Shown: in pieces, positions 1 through 17,800 of the stretch | Position numbering within the stretch: the stretch's first letter is position 1 | Layout: every line of letters starts with the position of its first letter | DNA from: Zygnema circumcarinatum SAG 698-1b | Lineage: Eukaryota > Plantae > Zygnematophyceae | NCBI GenBank assembly: GCA_037447605.1 | Contig: CM074806.1 | Span: 4,030,001-4,094,000 of the forward strand | Length of the DNA stretch: 64,000 bases | Direction: 5' to 3' | The notes under the pieces: generated by a model | What the model was told of the DNA's origin: nothing | The model's input: the letters and a program-made list of their open reading frames with translations, nothing else | Database searches by the model: none | Program-made: the position numbers and the translations under genes

Positions 1-25
1 GATGCCCCTTCTGCCCCATCTGCAG

Positions 26-3000
26 GTACTCCTCCCTCTGGTGAACGTCCCCATGATTGACTACACGCTTGAGTGGCTCGCCACAGCGGGTGTGGAGGAG
101 ATTTTTGTCTTCTGCTGCGCTCACTACCAGCAGCTGACCAGCCACGTGGACCGCCACTGGAAGCAGCAGCCGGGGCTGAAGGTCACCTGCATCGTCGCTT
201 TGGACTGTGTCAGCGCGGGAGATGCATTGCGGCATATCGACCAGAAGGGAGTGGTAAGCGCATAGAGAGAGAGATGTAGTTCGCAATATATTATTTTCCT
301 TCCGTTTATCTCTTTCCCTCATTGCTGCCGCTCCCCTGCTCCCATTCATCTCTCTCTTTCTCCAATCGGTTATGTCAGCCCTTTCCTGTACCTGCATTCC
401 TTCCCTCTTCCCATCCAATTCTTTTTGGTCTTCTTAAGGATTCCCTGAATAAGTTGGGCAGCAGGAGTATGACGTCTTCACTGAGCCATTCCGTCAGCAC
501 ACGGTCATTGATTTCTTTTTGTTCATGTCTTGCTCATACCCTTTATTTCGGGATCGTGTTTCACGATAATCTATATACAGAGGTAGATGTGGTTCACCCT
601 AGTAGCGATATAAGCCAGGAGGTTTGAATTGCTTCAACAATACATTCATCTAATCTTTATGTGTCATGTTTGAAACTGCAGATTCGCAATGATTTTGTGC
701 TTGTAAGTGGAGACACAGTATCAAATATGTCATTGGAGAAGCCATTAAAAGAACATCGTGAAAGGAGGAAACGCGATAAGCAGGCTGTCATGACTATGGT
801 GGTTCGCCGTTCCAAACCACACTCTCTCACTCACCAGGTACATATACACCTGCCCCTGTCCTCTACGAACATTGGCCATTTATATGAAGTCAGTACACAC
901 ATCAAGCTTGGCCTCCCCCTCACATGCAATCCCGTTTTGGTGACGTCGTGAAGCCATTTCTATGCAGACTCGTCTAGGGAACACAGAGCGCATATATGCC
1001 ATCAATTCGGAGTCCAAACAGCTGCTCATGTATGACTATGGCCAAGGGATGCGAAGCGAGAAGGAAAATTTGGCTGCCCAACGATCATCCCATGTTCTAA
1101 CTTTAGATAGAGCTCTTGTGGAGGAGCAGTCTTCAGTACAAGTTCGAACCGACTTACAAGTGAGTCTATTTGTTGGATTTCCCTGCGTGTTTTTTCTCAC
1201 TCGTGTTTATTCTAAGCATGGAGTGAACGGTAGAATTGACGTTGTTAGTTTGTTCGTGTCTTGAAAGGTGGTAAGCTTCGACCGGATAGAAGACTTTATG
1301 TGTCTTAGTTCTAACATCCAGCAACTTTGCAGGATTGTTACGTAGATATTTGTTCTCCCGAAGTCCTAATGTTATTTACGGATAACTTCGACTATCAAGA
1401 CACCCGGCGGGACTTTGTGAAAGGACTTTTGAGTGATGAGGTATGATAGGATGGCCCTGGGAGAGGGAGAGGGAGAGGGAGAGGGAGAGGGAGAGGGAGA
1501 GGGAGAGGGAGAGGAATAAGAAATCTTCCTAGTTTTTTTTGAGCTGCCTTTCCATGATTCACAATCGATCTGTTGAAGTTTCCGAACAAGCAAATTGTCT
1601 GTTGCAATTCTACACTTGCTCTTTGACTGCGAAATCCGGGCAGGTGATGGGAAACAAAATCTACACGTGTGAGATCACTTGCGAGTATGCAGCTCGCATT
1701 GACAACCTTCGCGCATATGATGTCGTCAGCCGTGACATCATCCATCGTTGGCTGCATCCCTTGGTCCCAGAAACCCAGTTGGGTAGTCACACAGCTATCG
1801 CGCGGGTCGACCGGGGAAACCGGTACAGGGAAGAGAGTGAGTTTCTCTCTCTCTCTTCTCTGCTTACCCCCCTCCTTTTCCTTATATTTATATCATTTCT
1901 TTTTTAAATTCCCTTCTTTTGCATTTTTATGATGGTCTTCCACAACTTTTTTCAGTTTTAGGCTCAATCACTATCGTGTTGACAAATCATTGGAAGAAAT
2001 TTTGTACTTGCCAGATGTCCAGCTTTCACGGACGGCTGCAATCGGTGAAAACACAGTGCTTGGTGAAGGAACGGTTGTGGGTGACGGAACTGCGATCATG
2101 GAGTCTGTTGTGGGCCGGAACTGCGTCATTGGGAACAATGTGGTGATAGAGGGGTCCTACTTGTGGAACGGAGTAGTTTTGGAGGACGGAGTCCATATAA
2201 AACACGCTGTTCTATGTGAGGGGGTTGTTGTAAAGAGGGGAGCCATCCTCGAGCCGGGAGTGGTCCTATCGTTCAAGGTAACGGTCAATGCCCTCCCTTT
2301 GTCCATATTTATTAGTGAAGGATTAATAACTTAACCCTCCTGTTGTGGCATACGTTCTGTAGGATTTTTTCAGTCTGAAACGTGACAGGCAGTCGGAATT
2401 TTTGACAAGGGCTTTGTTCGCCGCAGGTGGTTATCGGACCCAATTTTCGTGTTCCTGCATACAGCAAAATCTCCCTTCAGGCTCAGCCAACAGAGGAGGA
2501 CAGCAGCGACGAGGAGAGAGAGTACAGCGAGCAGAGCCAATATGAAGATGAGGGTGAGCAGGTTTTTAAGGTTTTTAGGGTTTTTAGGGTTTTTAGGGTG
2601 AACCGCCCATGCATAACATTCACACCTTTTTCACCTTCAAAGATTTCTGCAGTTGCCTCTGCCAGGAGGTAATTGGCCCTTCACTTGAATATGCAGATGA
2701 ATCGAGAGAAGGGAGTAGCTGGAGAGACCATCTCTCTTCTTCACCAGGGGAGTCAGCAAGTGAGACGCAACCAAATGAAAAGTGGAAGGAGGAGGAGGTG
2801 AGAGAGAATTGCAGAACTTTCTTTAGCCAAGTTTCCATTCTGGTTGACCGACCGTGAGGGTGACTAAAGGGAGCTTCCGCCGTTTGAGTAGTAGTCCAAC
2901 CAACGTTTGGAAAAATGGGTGCAGGTGGGAAGGGGGGGAGCAGGATGCAGTTGGCATTTAAAGGAGGGAGCACGTTTTGAAGAAGAGTGGAGACATTCTG

Positions 3001-4969
3001 TTGCTCCTATTCCTCAGAGGAGGTGGGAGGAGCTCTCTGCCCTGAAGGAGGAGGAGAGGGAGGAGGAGGAGGCTCTGCCAAGCGGGGCGGAGTTACATTC
3101 GACCCAATCAAATATTGAAGATAGTGAGGAGGAAGAGGAGGAGGACGAGTTTGAAGTAGAGGTAAAGTCTTGAGAGATAGTGAATTTCAGTTCACTAGAG
3201 GCCGAGTTTTCATTTCTTCTGTAATCTGTTTTAGGAGCTATCTATCTATATGTTCACATAACAAGTTGAGGATGTGTGTGATATGGTGCATGGACAGGTG
3301 CAAGAGTTGTTTCAAAGGACGGTGGATGAAGGTGCAACGTTTGACAACATTGTGCTTGAAATCAACGCTCTCAAGTAGGCCCAACCTTAATCTAGTAATC
3401 CCATTATCGTTTTGGACTGTTCGATCTTCTCCATAGGAGAGGAGTGAAATTCACCTTTTGCTGCCTTTCTGAACAATGAGCTGACGGCGGGTCGCAGGGC
3501 GCTGAGGTGGCAGGCTGGGATTGGTCCGAACGTTTGCCGACTGCGCTGGGGCAGTTTTCCGCTGCATGTTGAGCCTTGGACTCAAACGAGCTGCGTCTCA
3601 GTCTCCTAGTCAGTTCCTTTGACACTCCTTCACCCTACATTCTTGGCTTTCTCTCTCTCTCGCCCTCTCTCACTTTCTCTCTCTCTCGCCCTCTCTCACT
3701 CTCTCTCTCTCTCTCCCACTCTCTCTCTCTCTCTCCCTCTCTCTCTGTGTGTCTCTATCCCAACCATCGGCCCTCTCTCTCTTCCGCTCCCTCCGTTCCA
3801 CTCTTTCTTCTCTCACGGAGACGATATGTGTTGGATATAATGATGACAGAGGACGTGTTGGCAAGCACACGAGACGTAATGAAGAAATGGGGTCCACTGT
3901 TGCGCCGTTTTCTCAAGCAGCAGGATGATGAGGTGGGCTCACAGAGTTTCAAGGGGTCTTTTTTTGTGGAACTTCCATTTTATAAGGTCCGATATGCTAT
4001 TATTTTCCCTTGGTTGGAGAGGGATGTGTCAAAATTATCTTAAATCTGCCGTCAGTGTTTTGCAGGTGGAAGTCTTGCTCTCCTTTGAAGAAGAATGTTC
4101 CGAAGGACGCCAAGTCTTTGCTCCGATCTTTTCAAATGTCAGTGATGCAAACTCCTAAACTTTCTGTGTTTCTTTGTGATTGGATGTCGAGATACACGCG
4201 CCTTAATTCTGTTGATTCCCGACTTTGACAATCGTTTGTGTTCTTTTGCAGGTCCTCACTGTGCTTTACGACTACGATATTGTCACAGAGGAATCTATCA
4301 TGGCATGGGCCGATGAGAAAGCTGATGCAGAAGAATCAGAGAAGACATTTCTCCGCCAATCAGAGCAATTCATTCAGGTAAGCGAACCCGACCATATTGT
4401 TTCACCCACTACAGCACAATGAAAGCTACGTTAGAACTCGAGAGCTAGAACTTCGAGTCGAATATAAGAGTATCTGTGGAATTAGTTGAGTTATAGATAG
4501 AGGACGAGAGAGGGAAGTGACAAAAAGTTAAAATGGATGGGTTTCTGGTTTACAGTGGCTGAAGGAGGCTGATGAAGAAGGCAGTGATGAAGAAGATGAA
4601 GTGGCCGTTCCATCAGCTTCTTCAAAAACATCCACATCAGCCGCAAAGGAAACGGTTGGAGGGAACAAAAGTGGAACAGGAACTGTCAAGACTGAGGCAA
4701 AGGTGCAAGCAAAGGAACCAAAGGAGGAGGAGGAAGACGATGAAGACGAAGAAGAAGAAGAGGAAGAGGAAGGTGAAGATGAAGATGAAGATGAGGAAGA
4801 TGAAGACGAGGAAGAAGGCGGGGGCGTAAAAGCGGGCAAGGACGAAGGTGGTGTTCAGAAAAGGACAGCAGACGTTGTCTCTGAGTCAAAGTCTGAGGAG
4901 TCAAGTTTGACTGACGCTGCGGTGGAAAGCAGGGCCTCCAGTCACAGTGAGGGGGAGGTAGGCCGGTGA
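26..4969 (+). CDS. EIF2B5: Translation initiation factor eIF-2B subunit epsilon (5' end lies before the window). Inferred exons: 26-253, 682-837, 968-1159, 1333-1440, 1644-1822, 1962-2277, 2427-2553, 2697-2797, 2925-3161, 3298-3374, 3514-3608, 3850-3932, 4066-4137, 4252-4377, 4556-4969
   Basis: Nucleotidyltransferase-like N-terminus ([40 protein letters not shown]), hexapeptide beta-helix ([16 protein letters not shown]...[13 protein letters not shown]), and W2/HEAT C-terminus ([38 protein letters not shown]). GT-AG boundaries are phase-consistent. Confidence 0.95.
1459..1512 (+). repeat. (GGGAGA)9 hexanucleotide microsatellite in an eIF2B-epsilon intron
   Basis: Read directly from the sequence. 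Confidence 0.95.
2563..2598 (+). repeat. Telomere-like (TTTTTAGGG)3 plus one degenerate TTTTTAAGG, just after a splice donor
   Basis: tttttaagg tttttaggg tttttaggg tttttaggg read directly. Confidence 0.85.
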
Positions 4970-6095
4970 GTGGCTGCTGCTGGGGAGGGAGAGGGTTAGC
5001 AAGAAACGCAGCCGGACAAGGAAGTGGCAAAAGGTGACGAAGCTGAGACGATTGGGCCACTAGAAGGGGCGAACAGCAGAGGATTCCTATTGTTTGGGGG
5101 GGGGTCAAATGGTGATTTTTTGGAAGTTGTGAAGTAGAGTAAGCAGACCCTCCCTCCTCGTCGCCTTACTTATCCTGTAAGACTAAGCCCAGGTGATGGG
5201 GAGGGGGTTAGACAGTAGGAAATCTATTGCCTCGTTAGTTACTTTGCGGGCAAGCCGGATTTTGTTGCAGATTCCAATCATTTTAAAAAAACGAAATTGG
5301 AGAAGTTCCGCCTGTCCGTTTGTCTGTCCTTGTTCGAGGCAGAAATAAAATATTGGACGGGAATACGTGTTTCCATTGTGCTTGTTCTTGAACCCGAGTG
5401 CGACTTTGACATTTGAAAACACGTTGATTGAAACCATCCATCCTTCCCGCAGATGTATTCAATCGGTAAAGGAAGCTTCCGAGCAATACTGCGGGATCCT
5501 CCTACACTGAAGTACTTTCTTCTGTTTTTTTTTACTTTACTTCAAGTAAAGAAGTTGTGTACAAGAGAAAATGGATTTTTAGACAATCAAACTGAGCTGC
5601 TTTCGACCAAGAGCACTTATAACAGGGTCAACATTGTACATCAGAGCTCGTCAAAAAAGTGCATATACAAAATGGTCAAGAGCCCGTGCTTCCATTCGTT
5701 TGCGATCGATTCTCACATCGAATGTGTTGATCACAACAGCCTCTCGTACAAAGTACACAAATCTGGACGCTGCTAAACCCGAACCAGATTCTGCATTATT
5801 CCCTTTCTCCTTTTCTGAAGAACCAAAATGAATCCACTGTGCAATTTAAGAAATGACTACATCTAGCCAAAAAAGACTGTAGCAATCCCCCGAAACAATG
5901 GGGCAGGATGTGATCCACCAATCGTGGAATAATCTGCCTAATCGACCTAGCACCAAACTGCGCTTCCTGCTGCTTCCGCAAAATAGCTCGGTATTGACTT
6001 CGAAACAACAGTAATGGAACATAAACTCACCAATAGAAATTAAAAACTAGAGAACCTTCCCTACACAGAAAAATCACTAAGAATACAAGTCTATC

Positions 6096-6440
6096 CTACA
6101 CCCTGTCTGCATCCATGGCGAGAATCGACTTACAGGCCTCTAACTCTGCCCCCCATTTGCCTTCACAGCCTGGAACATAGTCCAACGACACGGCATAGTA
6201 CAAATAAATAGTGCAGAGGACGAGCAAAACCGCAAGCGTAGACAGCAAGAAGCTGTGCCTGCTCGCCATTGTCGTCCAGGAATTGTCGGCGTATTCCTTT
6301 TGTACAGTGGGTTTGATTTTCGGAGACAATGATACTGCACTCAAATTATCGATCTCTATGGGATCTGTTTCCGACGCTATGTGGGAAGAAAAGTTCACCG
6401 TTGGCCGCCTGTGAGAGGGCGAGGTCCCCCCCTTCGACAT
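6096..6440 (-). CDS. Small (~114 aa) single-pass membrane protein of unknown function; the C-terminus may instead splice at agg|gtgtag
   Basis: ATG at 6440 (MSKGGTSPSHRRPT...), one hydrophobic segment (FLLSTLAVLLVLCTIYLYYAV), then a short Cys-x-Cys luminal tail (GCEGKWGAELEACK). It sits behind a CT-rich leader and a G-box cluster. No family recognised. Confidence 0.5.
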   Translation of the reverse strand: MSKGGTSPSHRRPTVNFSSHIASETDPIEIDNLSAVSLSPKIKPTVQKEYADNSWTTMASRHSFLLSTLAVLLVLCTIYLYYAVSLDYVPGCEGKWGAELEACKSILAMDADRV

Positions 6441-6744
6441 TCTGGCGTCGCCTTCCTCCCTGTCGGCCTTTGCCGTGCCTTGCCAGCCTGCCGGGAGCCA
6501 GCCTTCAGCAGCACGAGGAGCTGCTCTGCCACTGCAAATGCAGAGAGCTGTTTTGACGACAAGGAGGAGCAGGATTCGGCGACAATGGGAGACAAAGGTG
6601 GGAGACAACCGCTTCCTTGAAGGGACGATAAAAAGCTAGGGCAAGAGGGAGGGAGAGTGGGCGGAGAGAGTGAGTGAAAGTGGTAGTGCTGGCTCCAATC
6701 TTCACTGCGAACTCAATAAGTGGTCGAGCGTCTGCCAATGGTAA

Positions 6745-6830
6745 CGGGCCACGTGGACACTTGTGTGCACGTGGTACTCTCCCATTGGAAACTGGACCGA
6801 AAGATCCACGTGGCAACACAAAGTGGCCGA
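6745..6830. promoter_or_regulatory. Cluster of three CACGTG G-box/ABRE-like elements upstream of the small membrane protein gene
   Basis: ggcCACGTGgac, gtgCACGTGgta and atcCACGTGgca occur within about 70 bp. Confidence 0.5.
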
Positions 6831-7528
6831 CTCCACTTCCTGCATGACGCGGACGGTAAAGCATTCGGACCGTGGAATCAATTGTGGATCTGGGTCCACC
6901 ACCGAGCTGATCCGCCCAATGGTGGATACGAAGGGCATCGGATTGTTTGAGAAGTGAATTAAATTTGGCTGCTTTTAGGAGGGCTTGAAGCGTGGTTGAG
7001 CCTAGACGTAGCTTTTTGCTCCTAGATTTTCTGCGTAGGTCCTTTGCGACCAGTTCCTCGTGGTTCCCCATGATGCTGATTTTGGCCGTGCACATTTGAT
7101 GGCATCACGCCATCATGAAATCAATGCCACATCCTCTTTCTCTTAGGAGGTGCAGTTCCCTGTGCCAAACTTTTTTGTTTATTGTGTGGCTCCACTTAAA
7201 ATTGTGCTTGACGTGAACTGAAATTCTCCCTCCACTATTTGCCTATACCTTTTTATAATGCCATGGACGGACGATCTTGGCTTTGTCACGGTTCTTCAGA
7301 ACTATATTTATGCTAACTTATAGAGATGTTACCATTGAACTCGGGTCTAAAGAGTTAGGCATTCCTTTTCAACCAATATTCCTCATATTTTGAAAAATGA
7401 TGCAACGCCTCATTGAATCCCTTTGTCATCAGACAGTAACAAAAGAAACACCTCCAGGAAGAGCTTCACCTCCTCGCCATGACGAGCAAGCATGAAATCG
7501 ATTACTTGTTGCTTTAATCGCAACAAAT

Positions 7529-13862
<6,334 letters not shown>

Positions 13863-14828
13863 TTGGGTCAAAAACTGGTAAAGAGTAAAAGGAATTCTCG
13901 TAGTTCAAGGTAGCCAAAACCGCTGACAAGCTTGGCAAGATGTTAAAAAGTGAACACCGAAAAAGGAAGAACGAGACTTAACTGGCTCGCGTAAAGCACG
14001 AAAGTGCAAAAGCCCCCTCCCTGCCCTCCCTACATATTATTCACTCTACACGAAACCTGCTGCTTGGAAAAACGTAGTATAAACCAGACCCTGACTGACA
14101 GTCTCTATGATATACACAGATCGGCTCTCCCTCCTGCCTCTCTCTCTCTCTCCCCCTCTCTCTTCTACCTTCCTCAACCTCCCTATACTGTACTACTGTC
14201 AACTGGATCCCTACTGTACAGCTTCCAAGGAGGACAAAATCCGAGCGTGTGAATACACTCTGCATAACTCTACTAATCATTATCAAGCCATTGGACAGTC
14301 CTCATGAATCTGCTGCCGCAGCAGCCTCCCAAATGCAGAGCCGGAGAATCATTCCTAGTGATACTCCCGAAAACAACACTGCCCAGAGGCCCAGGCATGA
14401 CTTTCCCTGAGACACTGACCGTACACTTGAAAACTGATCGAAGATCCACAGCCTATATCAGACGACCTGTATACATGGAGGACCTCCTCACTCTCGCCAA
14501 CCGTTAGCTATATTCCGACGACTGTCTGTAAACTCAGCCTTCTGCTTTTGAAGGAATCATTCGATAGACAGCTAAACACCTTCCCCCTCCAAAACTGCGT
14601 CTTGACGTCAGATTATTGGGCTTCAGATTCTTGTACCTACTCAAGCCAGCGAAGCCCCCACCCCAAGTCGACAGCAGTTCTTGTTGGGTCCAGTGGCCGT
14701 GCAGGAAATTGGAGTCCGTCCGTCAAGATTGATGCTATGAAATGCAGCTATGCCACCTTTCCAACGTCTAACTTCAGAACAAACAGCCACGGGCTATCGT
14801 CACCTCTCCCTCAAAGAGGAGCGTACTC

Positions 14829-17800
14829 TCAATCATCCGGCTCATCTCCACCGCAGACAATCTGGAGGCCTCGCGATATGGTCTGGAGTGACTTCGCTTG
14901 CTTTAGGGGTGAAACTCTCTTCTTATTAGGGGAGCTTACTTTAGTGGAAACTAGAGGAGGCGGCTCCTGCATTTCTTCTGTTAGAATGTCCTCCTGCCGA
15001 GGGCTTCCCACCTCTTCCCAGTTGCGTTCTTGTAGGAGGGCACTGAAGCCATTTACTTCTACTTCCCCACGGAGCTCCATGCCACCTTCAGACTGCTCTT
15101 CTGATGGCGAGTTTACATCATCATCCTCAAAGTCCGTGGATCCTCCAACATACTCCAAGCCTGAAATGGCAGCGTTGAGTGAATGCTGATTGAATTCCTT
15201 GATTGAAGCCATTGCAATTTGGTCTCTTTCAGTTGGTGCAAACACTGGTGCTGAACTTGAACTGATGTTCGATGACCTCCTCCTTATCTTTGTTTGAGGC
15301 CTGCCCCTCTCCGGAGCGCTGCCTTCCAACACCAGGGAATGATCTGTTGTCAGACCAGAGCTAATAGTGGCAGGTGTACGTGCCCCTCTTCCAGCACCAC
15401 TTGTTAACTTTGTGATAGACGAGCGAACAACCGCCAATGGTGATCGAGGAGCTGGAGTGCGAAAGATGGCAGGACTTGGCATGATTCCTGCCTCTGATGG
15501 CGAAGCTGCAGTCGATAAACCCATGGCTGAGTTCGGCCTTTTTCTTGATGTTCCTCCACCATGAGAAGCCTCGTCCCTGTTCTTACTTGAGCTGCCGATT
15601 GCTTCCAGATCGTTGCTTCGTACTGGGCCATGGTTATAGAATGCTAAACTCGAGTTTCCAGTAGAGACTGTAGGAGGAGATAGAGCATAGTTCGCATCAT
15701 TGCCACACATAAGGGTTGCTCCGGGAGAGAGAGAAGCTCGCTTGGGTTCTTTCCGTGGCGACGGCGCAATGAAGAATGGGTGCAACTCTCCGCTCGAGTC
15801 TAACGAAAGGCTTTTGGAAGGGGTCCGCTCTTTGGATAAGGATCTGGGAGCGCTCCTGCAGTAGCCACTGACAAAGGTCAGACAGTGCAGGTGTGCGACA
15901 ATTACAATGCCCTTACTCGGAATAGGACCTCTCAAAAAAAAATGGTTAGAAAGAATAAAACCTCATATTACCACGACTTTGAACCCCTTGCGCATCCATA
16001 TCACCTTGATTGTTGTGGAGTGGTCTCCACCTACTATTTGATTCACGTGTACCTGAGCACCTATTGTACTTTCACGTGCACAACATCATTACAGCTTTCG
16101 TTGCATCCAAGTCCTCAATATCAGGTTCTCTTGTGTTCATTCGCATTTACTAGGGGCTTTCACTCTGATGACAAATGTGGCTTCGGAAAGTTTACCCAAA
16201 GTATTGAAATGGAGTTGTGGGAGAAAGGCCGTTCTCTCTCCTTTCTCCTTTTCCGTCTGCACTGCTTGGAGACAAGAAGCAGGCTGCTCCTGTCTGGTGC
16301 TGTGGCTGTTCTACATCCAGATGCATTTCAGCGCTTTCCATTCCACTCTTGATGATAGATTCTTCTGGAAAACCCTTTGCTATTCCGGCTGCCAAAGGAA
16401 ACTCTGCGGCCCAGCACAAGGAAGATGCTCAACCCTGACGTCAAATTTGTTCATGAAATGGACTACTTTGTAGTGAATTACTGCCAGGCTCATAAAAGCA
16501 CTTCAGCCAAGCAAGAGGCTCTTGCTGATGAGCAAAAATAGACACTTGGTACAAATTTAAAGTCAAATAGAAGCTGACAGGGATATGGACGACCGAGATG
16601 TCTGTAGGTCCATTGGCCTCTCTCCCACAATTAACAATAAAACTCTCCTGAACTTAAGAATAGAGCTTAAAGGATGGGCTTATGAGAGGATGACAAGAAA
16701 GGGACTTCCAGATCCGTCGCACACCTTTTGGTTCCAAATCATCGCTCCTTTGCCCACAAGGATTTTGACATCCTTCACAGCGGCATCCATCAGAACATCC
16801 CACTCCGGCCTGCCCTCACGATGAGAACACAAGCCCTGTCAGTCTCAGCTGCTTTGGGAGCAGCTCATTTTGAGAGTATCTTTGCTACACTCTTCAAACC
16901 AGACAAGATATCTTTTTCAGAGGAAAAACTTCAGCCACATTACAATCATAGCTGCAATTTTATATCTTAAGGGCAAGAAAGAAGGCTTGCGTTCAAGAGC
17001 AATTGAAGTTTAGAGAGCAAAAGGCAGGAAAGTTCACCTGGTAGCACTCGCAGTACTTTTTCAAACACATGGATTTCTTGCAGTTGCAGCCACTCTTATG
17101 CCGCAGTCCAACTGCCAGCTGCTCTTGCCGTCTCTCATCCTACACATACGACATGGCACCATAATCAGGACAGTGTTGGGAGCAGACCCTTGGAACTGGA
17201 TGACTGTTCATAAAACATACTGAAAACGAACAAGAGGGGAGCAAAATTGAGACCACCCAGAACTAATGGCGCGAAACAAGCCGTGCCCTTCATACAGTTT
17301 TATTGAGGCTGCGACCTTTTCCGACCGTATGCAAGAAATGAGCTTACACACTGTAAAAATTACTGGGAGAAACGGACCATAACCCACTTTACTCAAAAAA
17401 GCAGTCAGCTTTTGCAACGCAGAGGATACAACGATAAGGATCTTACTGCCAGAACAGAGTTCGCCTGATCAGTGTCTTGGACGATTCTGGGCGTAAAAGC
17501 ATTGGGATTTCGAACTTCAATTTGTTCTCTCGTTTCTTTGACCAATTTTTCGAACTCTTTTGTGTTTTGGCAATCTTCACAGCGACAAGGCCCAATGCAG
17601 AACAGACCGGATCGGAAACAATCGCAGTACCTGCAACCAAATTATGATATCTGTGAGGTCTAGGCCAGAATTACAGTGAAACCCACATCCAGCACACCCA
17701 CAAATGTAGCAGGTAATTTTTAGCACCTTGCCTTTTTTTTAACTCATTCGGCAACTCAACAAGCGAAATGTACTTCATCTACTCAAGGGTTTGAACTGTC

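Noticed and set aside
6505-7095. 196-aa minus-strand ORF
   Set aside because: No recognisable motif, no good ATG context, and it overlaps the G-box promoter and leader of the small membrane protein gene.
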